Assembly (NCBI GenBank): GCA_030754595.1
Contig: JASLZZ010000077.1
Coordinates: forward strand, 44,577 to 108,576
DNA: 64,000 bases
Origin: Nitrospinota bacterium
GTDB taxonomy: Bacteria; UBA8248
Reading direction: 5' to 3'
A program made the translations under genes and the position numbers. Numbering within the stretch: the first letter of the stretch is position 1; the number at the start of each line of letters is the position of its first letter. Of this stretch, positions 29,051-38,475 are shown in pieces. Under the pieces are notes generated by a model that searched no databases, was not told the DNA's origin, and saw nothing but the letters and a program-made list of their open reading frames with translations.

Positions 29051-29881
29051 ATGTCCAGCCCCCGCGAGCGGATTGGCCTCATCGCCGGAACCGGCTCCCT
29101 CGCGGTTGAATTCGCCCGCGGAGCCCGGAAAAATGGATACGAAATCGTTGCGGTGGCTCTTTCGCCCGGGGCGTGTGAATTTCCCGAGAATCTCGTCACC
29201 ACCTCCATCCAGGTTTCTCCCGCCCAGCCGAAGAAGATTCTCGCTTTTCTTAAAACCGAGGGCGTCCGCCGCGTCGGTTTCGCGGGCAAGGTGGAGAAAA
29301 ACCTGCTCTTCCAGGGACTCAAGTTCGATCTCGAAGCGCTTCGTTTCATTTACCGGGCCAAGAATATGGCGGATGTGACCATCATGGATGCCATAATCGA
29401 GTTCGCCGAAAAAAACGATCTCGAAATCATCCCCCAGACCGAGTTTCTCGGCCACCTTCTCGCACCCGAAGGAACGCTAGGTAAAAAAAATCTGAACGAT
29501 TCCGATCTCGACGAAGTTCGCTACGCTTTCCGTATGGCGCGCGAGGTGGCCCGTCTTGATATTGGCCAGACGATCGTTGTGAAAAAAGGCGCCGTCATCG
29601 CGGTCGAGGCCATCGAGGGGACCGACGAGACCATCCGGCGCGGGTGCGCCCTTGCGGGAAAGGGGGCCATAGTGTGCAAGGTTGCACGCCCTGACCAGGA
29701 CCCTCGCTACGACATCCCGGCCGTGGGTCCCGGAACGCTCCAGGCCGCGCGTGAAGGAGGCGCCTCGGCCCTGATCGTCGAGGCGGGAGCCACCTTTTTG
29801 GTCGACAAGGACACACTTGTCAGGGACGCCGACGCCGCCGGTATCATTCTAGCGGGGTGGCGTAGCGACGAGGAAAAATGA
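29051..29881 (+). CDS. lpxI: UDP-2,3-diacylglucosamine pyrophosphatase LpxI (DUF1009)
   Basis: IGLIAGTGSL, LDIGQTIVV, AVEAIEGTD, QDPRYDIPAVG. Confidence 0.92.
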   Translation: MSSPRERIGLIAGTGSLAVEFARGARKNGYEIVAVALSPGACEFPENLVTTSIQVSPAQPKKILAFLKTEGVRRVGFAGKVEKNLLFQGLKFDLEALRFIYRAKNMADVTIMDAIIEFAEKNDLEIIPQTEFLGHLLAPEGTLGKKNLNDSDLDEVRYAFRMAREVARLDIGQTIVVKKGAVIAVEAIEGTDETIRRGCALAGKGAIVCKVARPDQDPRYDIPAVGPGTLQAAREGGASALIVEAGATFLVDKDTLVRDADAAGIILAGWRSDEEK

Positions 29882-31038
29882 TCACCGGCAACCCCCGGCT
29901 GATGATCGTCGCCGGAGAGCCATCGGGCGATCTTCACGCGGCCAGACTTATCCGGGCCATTTCGCGGGAGTTCCCCGGCGTCAGCGCTTTCGGCATGGGC
30001 GGTGAGGAAATGCGCGGGGCCGGCGCCGAGATTATCCACGATTCCGGCCCGCTGGATGTGATTGGATTCGGGGATGTCCCCAGGGTCATTCCGGCGCTTT
30101 ACCGCATCAAGTGCGATCTGATCGCCCGGGTCCGGGAGGAGCGCCCCGAGGCCGTCGTTCTGGTGGACTATCCCGGTTTCAATCTCTCCCTTGCCAAATC
30201 ACTCGGTAAACTCCCTCGTCCTCCCCGGTTAATTTACTTTATTCCGCCTCAGGTATGGGCCTGGCGCGGCGGGCGCGCCCGAACCATCGCTGAAATCTTC
30301 GATTTGATCTTGACGATCTACCCCTTCGAGCCGGGTCTTTTTCGCCAGGAGGGCGGGGCGGCGGAATTTATCGGGAATCCGGTGGCTTTCGCGCTTCAGG
30401 AGGCCCCCTCGAGGGAGGCGGCTCGCGCCTCGCTTGGGATTCCCGGTGATGCGCGTGTGGTGGCTTTCCTGCCGGGAAGCCGCCGCCGGGAGATTGAGCG
30501 CCTTCTCGGTCCGATGATCGATTCCGCCGGTCCGCTGAGTGAGAGGTTCCCGGGCATCCTCTTCCTCGTCTCGGAGGCCGAGGCGCTTCCCGAGGGAGCG
30601 GTTCGAAGCCGCCTTCCTTCGGGCGGCGGCGGTGTCCGTGTCGTCCGTGGCCTCCAGCATGAGGTTATCCGGGCGGCGGACGCCGCCGCGGTCGCTAGCG
30701 GAACGGCTACGCTCGAGTGCGGTCTCCTCGGCACGCCGATGAGCGTTTGTTATATGGGAGATTTTTTCACCTATATGCTGACGAAATACTTTCTCCTTCA
30801 GGTGGATTACATCAGCCTCGTCAATCTCCTCGCGGGCCGGGAGGTTGTCCCGGAGCTTTATCAGGGGCAGGTCAGGGGAGAGCGAATCGCCGCCGCGCTG
30901 GGCCCGTTGCTGGCCGATCCCGCCGCGCGGGAGAGTCAAACAAGTGCGTTTGGGGAAATTCGCGAATCGCTCGGGGGGCCCAACCCCTACGAGCGCGGGG
31001 CCTCGGAAATTATTCGGGTGTTGGAGGGCGCTTCGTGA
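29878..31038 (+). CDS. lpxB: Lipid A disaccharide synthase
   Basis: AGEPSGDLH, DYPGFN, PPQVWAWR, FLPGSRRREI, SGTATLE, VVPELYQ. Confidence 0.96.
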   Translation: MITGNPRLMIVAGEPSGDLHAARLIRAISREFPGVSAFGMGGEEMRGAGAEIIHDSGPLDVIGFGDVPRVIPALYRIKCDLIARVREERPEAVVLVDYPGFNLSLAKSLGKLPRPPRLIYFIPPQVWAWRGGRARTIAEIFDLILTIYPFEPGLFRQEGGAAEFIGNPVAFALQEAPSREAARASLGIPGDARVVAFLPGSRRREIERLLGPMIDSAGPLSERFPGILFLVSEAEALPEGAVRSRLPSGGGGVRVVRGLQHEVIRAADAAAVASGTATLECGLLGTPMSVCYMGDFFTYMLTKYFLLQVDYISLVNLLAGREVVPELYQGQVRGERIAAALGPLLADPAARESQTSAFGEIRESLGGPNPYERGASEIIRVLEGAS

Positions 31039-31772
31039 ACGAAGGAGAGAGGGCTCCGGACTCATCGCCGTATGATGGCCGGGGGTGCGATCCCCATGCT
31101 CCGCTTCTCACCCGCCTCGGGGCGGCCGGCATCGCGGGCCTGTTGCGGGCTATTTACGCCACCGTCAGGGCGGTTTCTCTTCAACCCGAGGTTCATAGAG
31201 GCTTCAATGACCCTCCCAGAAATGTATCTATTGGCGCTTTCTGGCATCACCATGTTGGAATCGCTCCTCATTTCTCCACGGGTTTTCCGTGGGCGAGCCT
31301 GGTCAGCCGAAGTTCGGACGGCGAGCTTCTCGCCCGCGTCATGGCCCATCTCGGGGGCCGGAGCGTCCGGGGTTCCTCGGGAAGGATGGACGGGCGAAAC
31401 AAGGGCGGCGCCTCGGCCCTGCGGCAGTTGGCCCGTTTGGCGGGGGACGGGGTTTTTCCAATCTTCACGCCGGACGGTCCGAACGGACCTCCGGAGAAGG
31501 TCAAGCCGGGAGTGATTTTCCTTGGCTCGCTGACGGGCCTGCCGATTTATCCGGCGGGTTTCGCCGCTTCCCGGTGCGCCCGCCTTCCGACCTGGGACAA
31601 GACGATCATTCCGCTTCCGTTTTCGAAAGTCGTTATTTCCTACGGGGAACCGCTGATTGTTCCACCCTCGATTGACGATGCGGCGCTCGAAACCCACCGC
31701 AAGGAGCTTGAACTCCGCATTCTGGCGGCGAACGAGGCGGCTCGGGCCTCGATTCGGCCCGGCGGGGAATAA
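31035..31772 (+). CDS. DUF374 lysophospholipid-acyltransferase family protein (LpxJ-like secondary acyltransferase)
   Basis: AFWH, LVSRSSDGE, SVRGSS, FTPDGPNGP, WDKTIIPLPF. GTG start overlaps the lpxB stop. Confidence 0.85.
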   Translation: MNEGERAPDSSPYDGRGCDPHAPLLTRLGAAGIAGLLRAIYATVRAVSLQPEVHRGFNDPPRNVSIGAFWHHHVGIAPHFSTGFPWASLVSRSSDGELLARVMAHLGGRSVRGSSGRMDGRNKGGASALRQLARLAGDGVFPIFTPDGPNGPPEKVKPGVIFLGSLTGLPIYPAGFAASRCARLPTWDKTIIPLPFSKVVISYGEPLIVPPSIDDAALETHRKELELRILAANEAARASIRPGGE

Positions 31773-33106
31773 TGGACACCCTGGCCCTCGTTTTCTACAA
31801 CGCGGCGATTTTCCTTGGCTCCCCCTTTATCGCGGTTTACTACATCATTCACGCTTGGACGCGCGGCCACTCGCTGACCAGTACGGGAGAGCGCCTGGGC
31901 CTCGTGCGCCAGCTGCCCCCGGCGGGCGAGGGAGGCAGGGTTTGGCTGCATGCGGTCTCGGTGGGCGAGGTCGGCGTCGCCGCCGCTCTTGTACCCGAGC
32001 TCCTGAAAAAGCGCCCCGGGCTTCGCATCGTTCTTTCAACGGTCACCGAAACTGGCCGCGAGGAAGCCGGTAAAATCGATGGCGTGGAGCATGTTTTCTA
32101 CCTTCCCTTTGACTATCCTCACGCGGTGCGGAGCACTCTCCGGCGAATCGGTCCCGGCGGAATCGCCATTATCGAAACCGAGCTTTGGCCCAATCTGGTA
32201 TGGGAAGCCGCGCGCGGAGGCCTGCCGGTATGTGTGGTCAACGGGCGGCTTTCCGAAAAATCCCTTCGGGGCTATACCCGGCTGCGTTTCCTTTTCGCCC
32301 CGGTTCTGAAGAAACTGGCCGGGGTCGCCGCGCGCGGGGAGGCAGACGCCAAGCGCTACCGCTCCCTGGGGGCGCCGGAAGTGTTCGCGGCCGGGAACAT
32401 CAAATTCGACGCGCCGGCGCCGCGGTTGAGCGGTAGCCAGGAGGATTTGAAGAAAAAATTCGGCCTCGCCGGAGCGGACCCGATCATCGTCGCCGGAAGC
32501 ACCCATCCGGGAGAAATGACTGGATTGACCGGCGCGGTTCATGCCCTTAGAGAGCGGTTCGAGCGCCTGGGCGCGTTGATCGCGCCGCGTCATTTGCCGC
32601 GTCTGGAGGAGGTCGAGGCCGAGCTTCGGCGGGGCGGGCTCGACCCGGTTCGGTGGAGCGAAATCGGGGGCGGGAGCGGAAGCAGTAGCAGGATCGGAAG
32701 CGGCGGCGGGCAGGTCGTTCTCCTCGACAGGATGGGTGAGTTGGCGGAGGCCTACGCATGCGGTACGGCGGCGTTCATCGGTGGCTCTCTCATCCCCCAT
32801 GGGGGGCAAAATCCCATCGAAGCCGCGCGGTGGGGCGTTCCCGTTGTCTTTGGCCCTCACATGGACAATTTCGCGGAAGTGGCGGGCGATCTGCTGCGAG
32901 TGGAAGGAGCCGTCCGGGTGGAGAGCGCCGAAGGGCTGGCCGGCGCGCTCCTTCCTTGGCTTAGCGACCGGGCCACGCGGGATGCGGCGGGCGCTTCGGC
33001 GAAGGAGCTGGTGATGGCAAACCGTGGCGCCGCCGAGCGGGCCTCGGAATTTCTGCTCGGGGTATTGGATTCCCGGGGCGGGGACGAGGGCGAGGAGAAG
33101 TCGTGA
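31772..33106 (+). CDS. waaA: Kdo transferase
   Basis: VWLHAVSVGE, YLPFD, ETELWPN, GNIKFD, AGSTH, APRH, GGQNPIEAA. Confidence 0.95.
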   Translation: MDTLALVFYNAAIFLGSPFIAVYYIIHAWTRGHSLTSTGERLGLVRQLPPAGEGGRVWLHAVSVGEVGVAAALVPELLKKRPGLRIVLSTVTETGREEAGKIDGVEHVFYLPFDYPHAVRSTLRRIGPGGIAIIETELWPNLVWEAARGGLPVCVVNGRLSEKSLRGYTRLRFLFAPVLKKLAGVAARGEADAKRYRSLGAPEVFAAGNIKFDAPAPRLSGSQEDLKKKFGLAGADPIIVAGSTHPGEMTGLTGAVHALRERFERLGALIAPRHLPRLEEVEAELRRGGLDPVRWSEIGGGSGSSSRIGSGGGQVVLLDRMGELAEAYACGTAAFIGGSLIPHGGQNPIEAARWGVPVVFGPHMDNFAEVAGDLLRVEGAVRVESAEGLAGALLPWLSDRATRDAAGASAKELVMANRGAAERASEFLLGVLDSRGGDEGEEKS

Positions 33107-34239
33107 GTGGGCGGGGGAGCATCATCAAGGCCCTGGAGGGAGACCCGAGCGCGCCCCTATGGGCACGTGGAGCGCTCGCGGCCCTGGCCCCGGCCGGATG
33201 GCTCTACGGGGATGTCATGCGTCTCCGACGGACGCTCTATGAAACGGGCCTGGGGGTGGCCGCAGCCCCGTCCACTCCCGTAATCTCGGTGGGCAACCTC
33301 ACCCTCGGCGGAACCGGCAAGACCTCGGCCGTGGTCTGGGTCATATCGCGGCTGATTGAGGCCGGAATCACCCCCGCCGCCATCAGCCGGGGCTACGGCG
33401 GAGCGGAGGGGGGCGTGTGCGTGGTGAGCGACGGTGCTGGAGCGGTTCTCTCGTCGCCGCCCGCTTCGGATGAGGCGGTGATGCTGGCGCGGATGTTTCC
33501 CTCCTCGCCCGTCGTCACCGGGCGGGATCGCCCTGCTGCGGCGCGGCGCGCGGCGGAATTGGGCGCGGGGGCGATCATCGCCGATGATGGGTTTCAACAC
33601 CTGGCTTTGCCGCGTTGTTTCGATCTGGTGGTGCTCCGGGGGGACCGCCCGTTTGGAAATGGCCGCGTATTCCCCGCCGGAGCGCTGCGGGAGCCTTTAG
33701 GGGCGCTTCGCCGGGCCGATGCTATCCTGCTCACGGGCCTTGCGGGCCTTGCGGGCCTTGCGGGTCTCGCAGGCCCTGCGGGCGGCGCGGTTCACGAGCG
33801 TTTGCGCTCGCTTGCTCCGGATACAAATATTTTCGAGGGAACCTTGACGCACTCGGCTCTACTCGACATCGGCGGCGGTCCGGCGGGAGAGACCGCGGAC
33901 CTCGGCGGCGCGGCAGTGGTGGCGGTGAGCGGAATCGGAAATCCCGGGGGTTTTGTCCGATCGCTTGCCGCGCTGGGCGCCCGGGTCCTTGAGAATCTGG
34001 TCTTTCCCGATCACGTGGCCTATGGCGGGGAGGAACTGGATCGTATCGCCGCCGCCGTCGAAAAAACCGGGGCGGACCTCGCCGTCACGACGGAAAAAGA
34101 CGCCGTGAAGCTCGGCGCACTGGCCGGAGATGAGCGTTTCCGGGTGCTTCGTGTCGAAATGAAAGTGAACGGCGGAGACGAGTTGTCCCGTCTTATTTTC
34201 GAGGCAGCCGACCTCGGCCCCGGAGCCGGCGAAGGCTAG
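33103..34239 (+). CDS. lpxK: Tetraacyldisaccharide 4'-kinase
   Basis: SVGNLTLGGTGKT, SRGYG, DDGFQH, PAGALREP, GIGNP, FPDH, TTEKDAVK. Confidence 0.96.
   Translation: MSGRGSIIKALEGDPSAPLWARGALAALAPAGWLYGDVMRLRRTLYETGLGVAAAPSTPVISVGNLTLGGTGKTSAVVWVISRLIEAGITPAAISRGYGGAEGGVCVVSDGAGAVLSSPPASDEAVMLARMFPSSPVVTGRDRPAAARRAAELGAGAIIADDGFQHLALPRCFDLVVLRGDRPFGNGRVFPAGALREPLGALRRADAILLTGLAGLAGLAGLAGPAGGAVHERLRSLAPDTNIFEGTLTHSALLDIGGGPAGETADLGGAAVVAVSGIGNPGGFVRSLAALGARVLENLVFPDHVAYGGEELDRIAAAVEKTGADLAVTTEKDAVKLGALAGDERFRVLRVEMKVNGGDELSRLIFEAADLGPGAGEG
33734..33785 (+). repeat. In-frame 9-bp tandem repeat in lpxK
   Basis: CGGGCCTTG x3 perfect plus two degenerate copies, encoding GLAGLAGLAGLAGPAG. Confidence 0.85.
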
Positions 34240-34242
34240 GGC

Positions 34243-35331
34243 TCAGGTGCGGACATGGGTGAGGAGGTATGACCCCCCCGCCAGAAATACGGCATTCGGC
34301 CCCCAGGCGGCCGCGAACGGCGGCAGCCGGCCCGCGTGCCCCAGCGAAATGCCCACATAAAAAAGAATCAGGTACCCAGCTCCGATGGCGATCGTAATGG
34401 CGACTCCGAGAGCGACTCCGCCGCTGCGGGTGGAGCGAATCGAGAACGGGACCCCAACCAGCGCAAGGACAAAACAAATAAACGGCGTGGACAGCTTCGC
34501 CCACAGATCGACGACGTAGCGGGAAGTATCCACCCCGTTTGTCTGCATGATGCCGATGTAGGATCGAAGCTCCAACCAGCTCATTTCCTCGGGTTTTTTT
34601 CCGGTTTGCTTGAAATCTCCGGGAACTTCCTTCACCTCGAATTGCTCTGCCGTGAATGATTCCTGGTGAATTTCGTTGTTTCCTCTGAAGAAGTGGATCA
34701 GGCCGTCGTCGAACCGCCAGCGCTTCACATGGGGAATCCACTTGACCACCTTTGCGTCGATTCGCTGAAAAAGGCGATCTTCCTTGTCGAGGCGGTAGAG
34801 GGTGACGCCCCGCATGGTGTTCGTGAAAGGGTCGAAAACGATGATCTGCCAGATGGTGTTGTCATCGGAGTGGTACCAGATTTTATTCGTTCGATTGTAG
34901 CCACGGGGTGCGATTTTTTTTACCCGGACCTGCCATATATGGTTCATCCGTTGATTCGATACGGGGACGATGTATTCGTTTCCCAGGAAGGTCAGGGCCG
35001 CGATTCCGAGGCTGGCGGCGAGGATGGGCGCGATCAGCCGGTAAATACTCGCGCCGCAGGCGCGCATCGCCACAATCTCGTTTCCCCGGGAAAGAAGAAG
35101 CAGGGAAAGGACGCTGGCGAGCAGGACAGTGAGGGGGATCGAAAATACGATGAGCTGTGGGATTCTGAAGAGGAAAAAAAGAAGGCCGTCGGTGAAGGCG
35201 GCTTTCTTTTCGACAAGGTCGTCAATCCGCTCGACGAATTCAGCCATCAGAAAAAGAGTGATAGCCCCGGCCTGGCAGATTCCGACCAGGCGGAAAAACT
35301 GGGTTAGAATGTACCTACTGAGAATGCTCAT
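34243..35331 (-). CDS. lptG: LPS export ABC transporter permease LptG
   Basis: ILSRYI, LSRGNEIVAMRACGAS, PEEMS, PFAAAWGPN. The ATG overlaps the lptF TGA. Confidence 0.9.
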   Translation of the reverse strand: MSILSRYILTQFFRLVGICQAGAITLFLMAEFVERIDDLVEKKAAFTDGLLFFLFRIPQLIVFSIPLTVLLASVLSLLLLSRGNEIVAMRACGASIYRLIAPILAASLGIAALTFLGNEYIVPVSNQRMNHIWQVRVKKIAPRGYNRTNKIWYHSDDNTIWQIIVFDPFTNTMRGVTLYRLDKEDRLFQRIDAKVVKWIPHVKRWRFDDGLIHFFRGNNEIHQESFTAEQFEVKEVPGDFKQTGKKPEEMSWLELRSYIGIMQTNGVDTSRYVVDLWAKLSTPFICFVLALVGVPFSIRSTRSGGVALGVAITIAIGAGYLILFYVGISLGHAGRLPPFAAAWGPNAVFLAGGSYLLTHVRT

Positions 35332-36584
35332 GCCGATTTTGGGCTCAGCCAGTCGGAAACGGGAAGACGCTCGGCGAATTTGAGTATGTACCCGAAAATA
35401 TCCACCGCACCCGTATGAATCACCCTCCGGACGGCCCAGACGGATACGGCGAACAGGAGAATATTCGGTCCCCATTGGGAGAAGAGGGGCGGGATTGTTC
35501 CGTTTTCCCCCAAGCCCTCAGAAAACGACGAGACCATGTAGTAGGCGAATACAACAATAAGACTCAAAGCAAACCCGCCGTGGCGGCCCGATCGCCGGTT
35601 CTGGACGCCAAGGGGCGCGCCCAGGAGGGCGAGCGCCAGGCAGGCGAACGGTGTGGCGAAGCGCTTATGAATCTCCACGAGAAAAGAGTTGTAGCGAATC
35701 GTGCCTGGCTTCGCGGCGGCGATTTTTTTGCGCAGTTCGCTGACGGGGAGGCCGCGCAGCCGAACCCGGAGCGCCTTGCCGTCGCCGAGGGACTGGATGA
35801 GGTTGAGATTGAGGTCGTAGGTTCCGAAACGGACCACCTGGTATTGATTCGCGATGAGCGAGGTGCGCGGGTCGGGAGCGGCTTCGCCGCCCGAATTCCG
35901 GGCCGCGCTGTTGTTGGTGTCGGTGACGGCGTTAATTTGATGGGTTGATCCGCGGACAAGGCGAAGGATCATTTTTTTCCCGATCGGGTCCCTGACGACG
36001 ATTCCCTGCTCGGCGAATATGACCTGTTTGTTTTGGCCGCCCCGCGAGTCCGAGATCAGGATGCCGCGAAGAACCTTGCTCTCCCGTGATGATTTTCGGA
36101 CGTAAATTACAAGACCGTCGAAAGTGTCGTTGAACACTTGTTCGCGGATTTCGAAGGCCGACGCCTGATTTTGCAGGATTTGATAGCGGAGATCGATAGT
36201 CGCCTGGTGGCTCCAGGGAAGGCCGAACATCATCAGCAGGGCGCTTGCCAGCGCCGAAAGAATGCCTAAGACCGCTACGGGAATGAGCTGGGAGTAGAGG
36301 CTCATCCCCGAGGCCGTCATGGCGACGAACTCGCTGTCGTTGGAGAGGCGGCTGAACGCGAGGATGCAGGCGACGAGTGTGGCCATGGGCAGGGTGACAA
36401 GCATGAGCACGGGGAGAATCGTCAACAGGAGCTGGCCGACAGTGGCTACCGGAACGCCTTTGTTGATGACCAGATCCGTGATCTGAACCATGCGGTTGAC
36501 CAGGAGAAGGAATGTCAAAAGGAACAGGCAGAAAAAAAAGTAGGTGAAAACCTCCCCCAGGATATATCGGTGAAGCTTTCTCAA
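35328..36584 (-). CDS. lptF: LPS export ABC transporter permease LptF
   Basis: LHRYILGE, RLSNDSEFVAMTASG, EIHKRFATP, LGAPLG, WGPN. GGAGA RBS before TTG 36584. Confidence 0.9.
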   Translation of the reverse strand: MRKLHRYILGEVFTYFFFCLFLLTFLLLVNRMVQITDLVINKGVPVATVGQLLLTILPVLMLVTLPMATLVACILAFSRLSNDSEFVAMTASGMSLYSQLIPVAVLGILSALASALLMMFGLPWSHQATIDLRYQILQNQASAFEIREQVFNDTFDGLVIYVRKSSRESKVLRGILISDSRGGQNKQVIFAEQGIVVRDPIGKKMILRLVRGSTHQINAVTDTNNSAARNSGGEAAPDPRTSLIANQYQVVRFGTYDLNLNLIQSLGDGKALRVRLRGLPVSELRKKIAAAKPGTIRYNSFLVEIHKRFATPFACLALALLGAPLGVQNRRSGRHGGFALSLIVVFAYYMVSSFSEGLGENGTIPPLFSQWGPNILLFAVSVWAVRRVIHTGAVDIFGYILKFAERLPVSDWLSPKSA

Positions 36585-36820
36585 GGGATGGTCTCCGTTG
36601 GCCGCGGCGGGGCGCTGTTGTTGAAAGGGCATAATAACAGAGTACGGCCCAGCGCCCTATACAGGCGGGGGCCGCTGTGTGAAAATTTTTCGGCAGGGGA
36701 ATCGGCGCCCTCAAGGATCTTGTAATTGCTATAGTTCACTGAAATTGATAGCGTTACGGCGAAAGTGCCAGTCCGGAGCCGATTCGGTAGCCCGGGGGAG
36801 CGCCAGGCGGAGGACGTTGG

Positions 36821-37888
36821 GTGAGGGAATTTCCTGAAAACCACGAAGGGCGGCAAATAATCGTTGCCCCCAACTGGATCGGCGATGCGGCGATGGCCGC
36901 ACCTTTTTTTGCCTCCCTGCGCGCCGCATTCCCCGGCGATCGGATCGAGGCGCTGGCCGCTCCCTGGGCCGCGGGAATTTTGGACACCTTTCCTTGGTTG
37001 GATGCGGTCCTCCGGACGGAGGGCGGAAAGTGGCGGAGTTTTTTTTTGGCCCGTTCGAAGACCCGGAGAAATGGAATTAAAGCCCTCTGGCTCCTTCCCA
37101 ATAGCTTTCGCTCGGCGCTTCTGGGGCGTTGGCTTGGCGCCCCCCGGAGGATTGGGTACGCCGCCGGGGGAAGAGGGTGGCTGCTGACGCATCCGGTCCC
37201 GCCGCCGCCCGATAAGCCGCCGCTCCATTTAGTTGATTATTATCTTGGGCTCCTTGAAGCGCAGGGAGTCACTCCGACTCGCCGGGTGGTCCGCCTGCCG
37301 GTGAGTCCGGAGGCGGCGGAGTTCGCGGAACGCCTGATCGGAGAGGAGACGGGCGGAGGGGAGATGCCGCTGATCGGACTTAATCCCGGCGCCTTTTTCG
37401 GAGCCTCGAAAACCTGGCCGGTTGAGTCATACGCCGCCCTGGCGCGGAGACTGGCGGCCGGTGGGCGCGTGCGTGTCCTTGTTCTCGGCGGGCCGAAGGA
37501 AGCGGACTTGGCGGGCCGGGTTTGCGCCGCGGCCGAGGGCGCCGCGATCAATTTGGCTGGGAAGGATTCGCTGCAAACCTTGCCGGGTCTTTTGGCGCGT
37601 TTGAGTGTTTTGGTCTCGGGCGATACCGGTCCGCTTCACATAGCGGCTCTCGTGGGGGTGAGGACTGTTTCTCTGTTCGGGCCGACCGACCCGCTACGGA
37701 CAGCTCCCCTGGGGAAAGCGCACCGCCACCTTCGTCGCGAAATGGAGTGCAGTCCGTGTTTTGAGCGGGTGTGTCCGCTTGGGCACCATCGATGCATGAA
37801 GGAAATTTCCCCGGAGGAGGTTGCCGAAGAGGTGGAAGAGATTCTGGCGAACGCTCTCCCCGTCAGGCCTGCGGAGGCTCCAAAGTGA
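36821..37888 (+). CDS. waaF: LPS heptosyltransferase II (GT9)
   Basis: PNWIGDAAM, LPNSFRSA, NPGAFFGASKTWP, GDTGPLHIA, LFGPTDP, CSPCFERVCPLGHHRCM. Confidence 0.9.
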   Translation: MREFPENHEGRQIIVAPNWIGDAAMAAPFFASLRAAFPGDRIEALAAPWAAGILDTFPWLDAVLRTEGGKWRSFFLARSKTRRNGIKALWLLPNSFRSALLGRWLGAPRRIGYAAGGRGWLLTHPVPPPPDKPPLHLVDYYLGLLEAQGVTPTRRVVRLPVSPEAAEFAERLIGEETGGGEMPLIGLNPGAFFGASKTWPVESYAALARRLAAGGRVRVLVLGGPKEADLAGRVCAAAEGAAINLAGKDSLQTLPGLLARLSVLVSGDTGPLHIAALVGVRTVSLFGPTDPLRTAPLGKAHRHLRREMECSPCFERVCPLGHHRCMKEISPEEVAEEVEEILANALPVRPAEAPK

Positions 37889-38475
37889 GCGGGCGCGCGG
37901 CGATTTTTTTCGACCGGGACGGCGTTCTGAACCGCGATGCCGGGTATATCACTCACCTGGACGATTATAAGCTCTATCCCCGGTCGGCGGCGGCGGTGAG
38001 GTGCGTGAACGAAGCGGGACTGCTGGCGATTTTGGCGACGAATCAGGCGGGCGCGGCGCGGGGTTATTTTCCGGTGGAAATGATCGGGCGCGTTCACGAA
38101 AAGCTCGAAGCGGAGTTGGCGCGTCAGGGTGCTCACCTCGATGCCATCTATCTGTGTCCCTACCATCCAAGCTCCGATGACCCTGCCTTGGCCGTGGACT
38201 CGGACCTGAGAAAGCCCAAACCCGGCATGCTCCTCCAGGCCGCGAAGGATCACGGTGTCGACCTCGAGCGCTCCTATATGATCGGGGATAAATATTCCGA
38301 TATGGAATGCGGATGGGTCGCGGGCTGCCGAGGCGCTTATGTGCTCACCGGTTATGGGCGCGGCTCGCGGGATCACTTCGGCGGCGGTTGGGCCCGCGAG
38401 CCGGACATCTGTGCCGAAGACGCCTATCATGCCGTCCAGTTGATTCTCGAGGAAAGGAATGAGGGGAAAAGATGA
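37885..38475 (+). CDS. gmhB: D,D-heptose 1,7-bisphosphate phosphatase (HAD)
   Basis: FFDRDGVLN, TNQAG, CPYHP, RKPKPGM, MIGDK..D. Confidence 0.9.
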   Translation: MSGRAAIFFDRDGVLNRDAGYITHLDDYKLYPRSAAAVRCVNEAGLLAILATNQAGAARGYFPVEMIGRVHEKLEAELARQGAHLDAIYLCPYHPSSDDPALAVDSDLRKPKPGMLLQAAKDHGVDLERSYMIGDKYSDMECGWVAGCRGAYVLTGYGRGSRDHFGGGWAREPDICAEDAYHAVQLILEERNEGKR

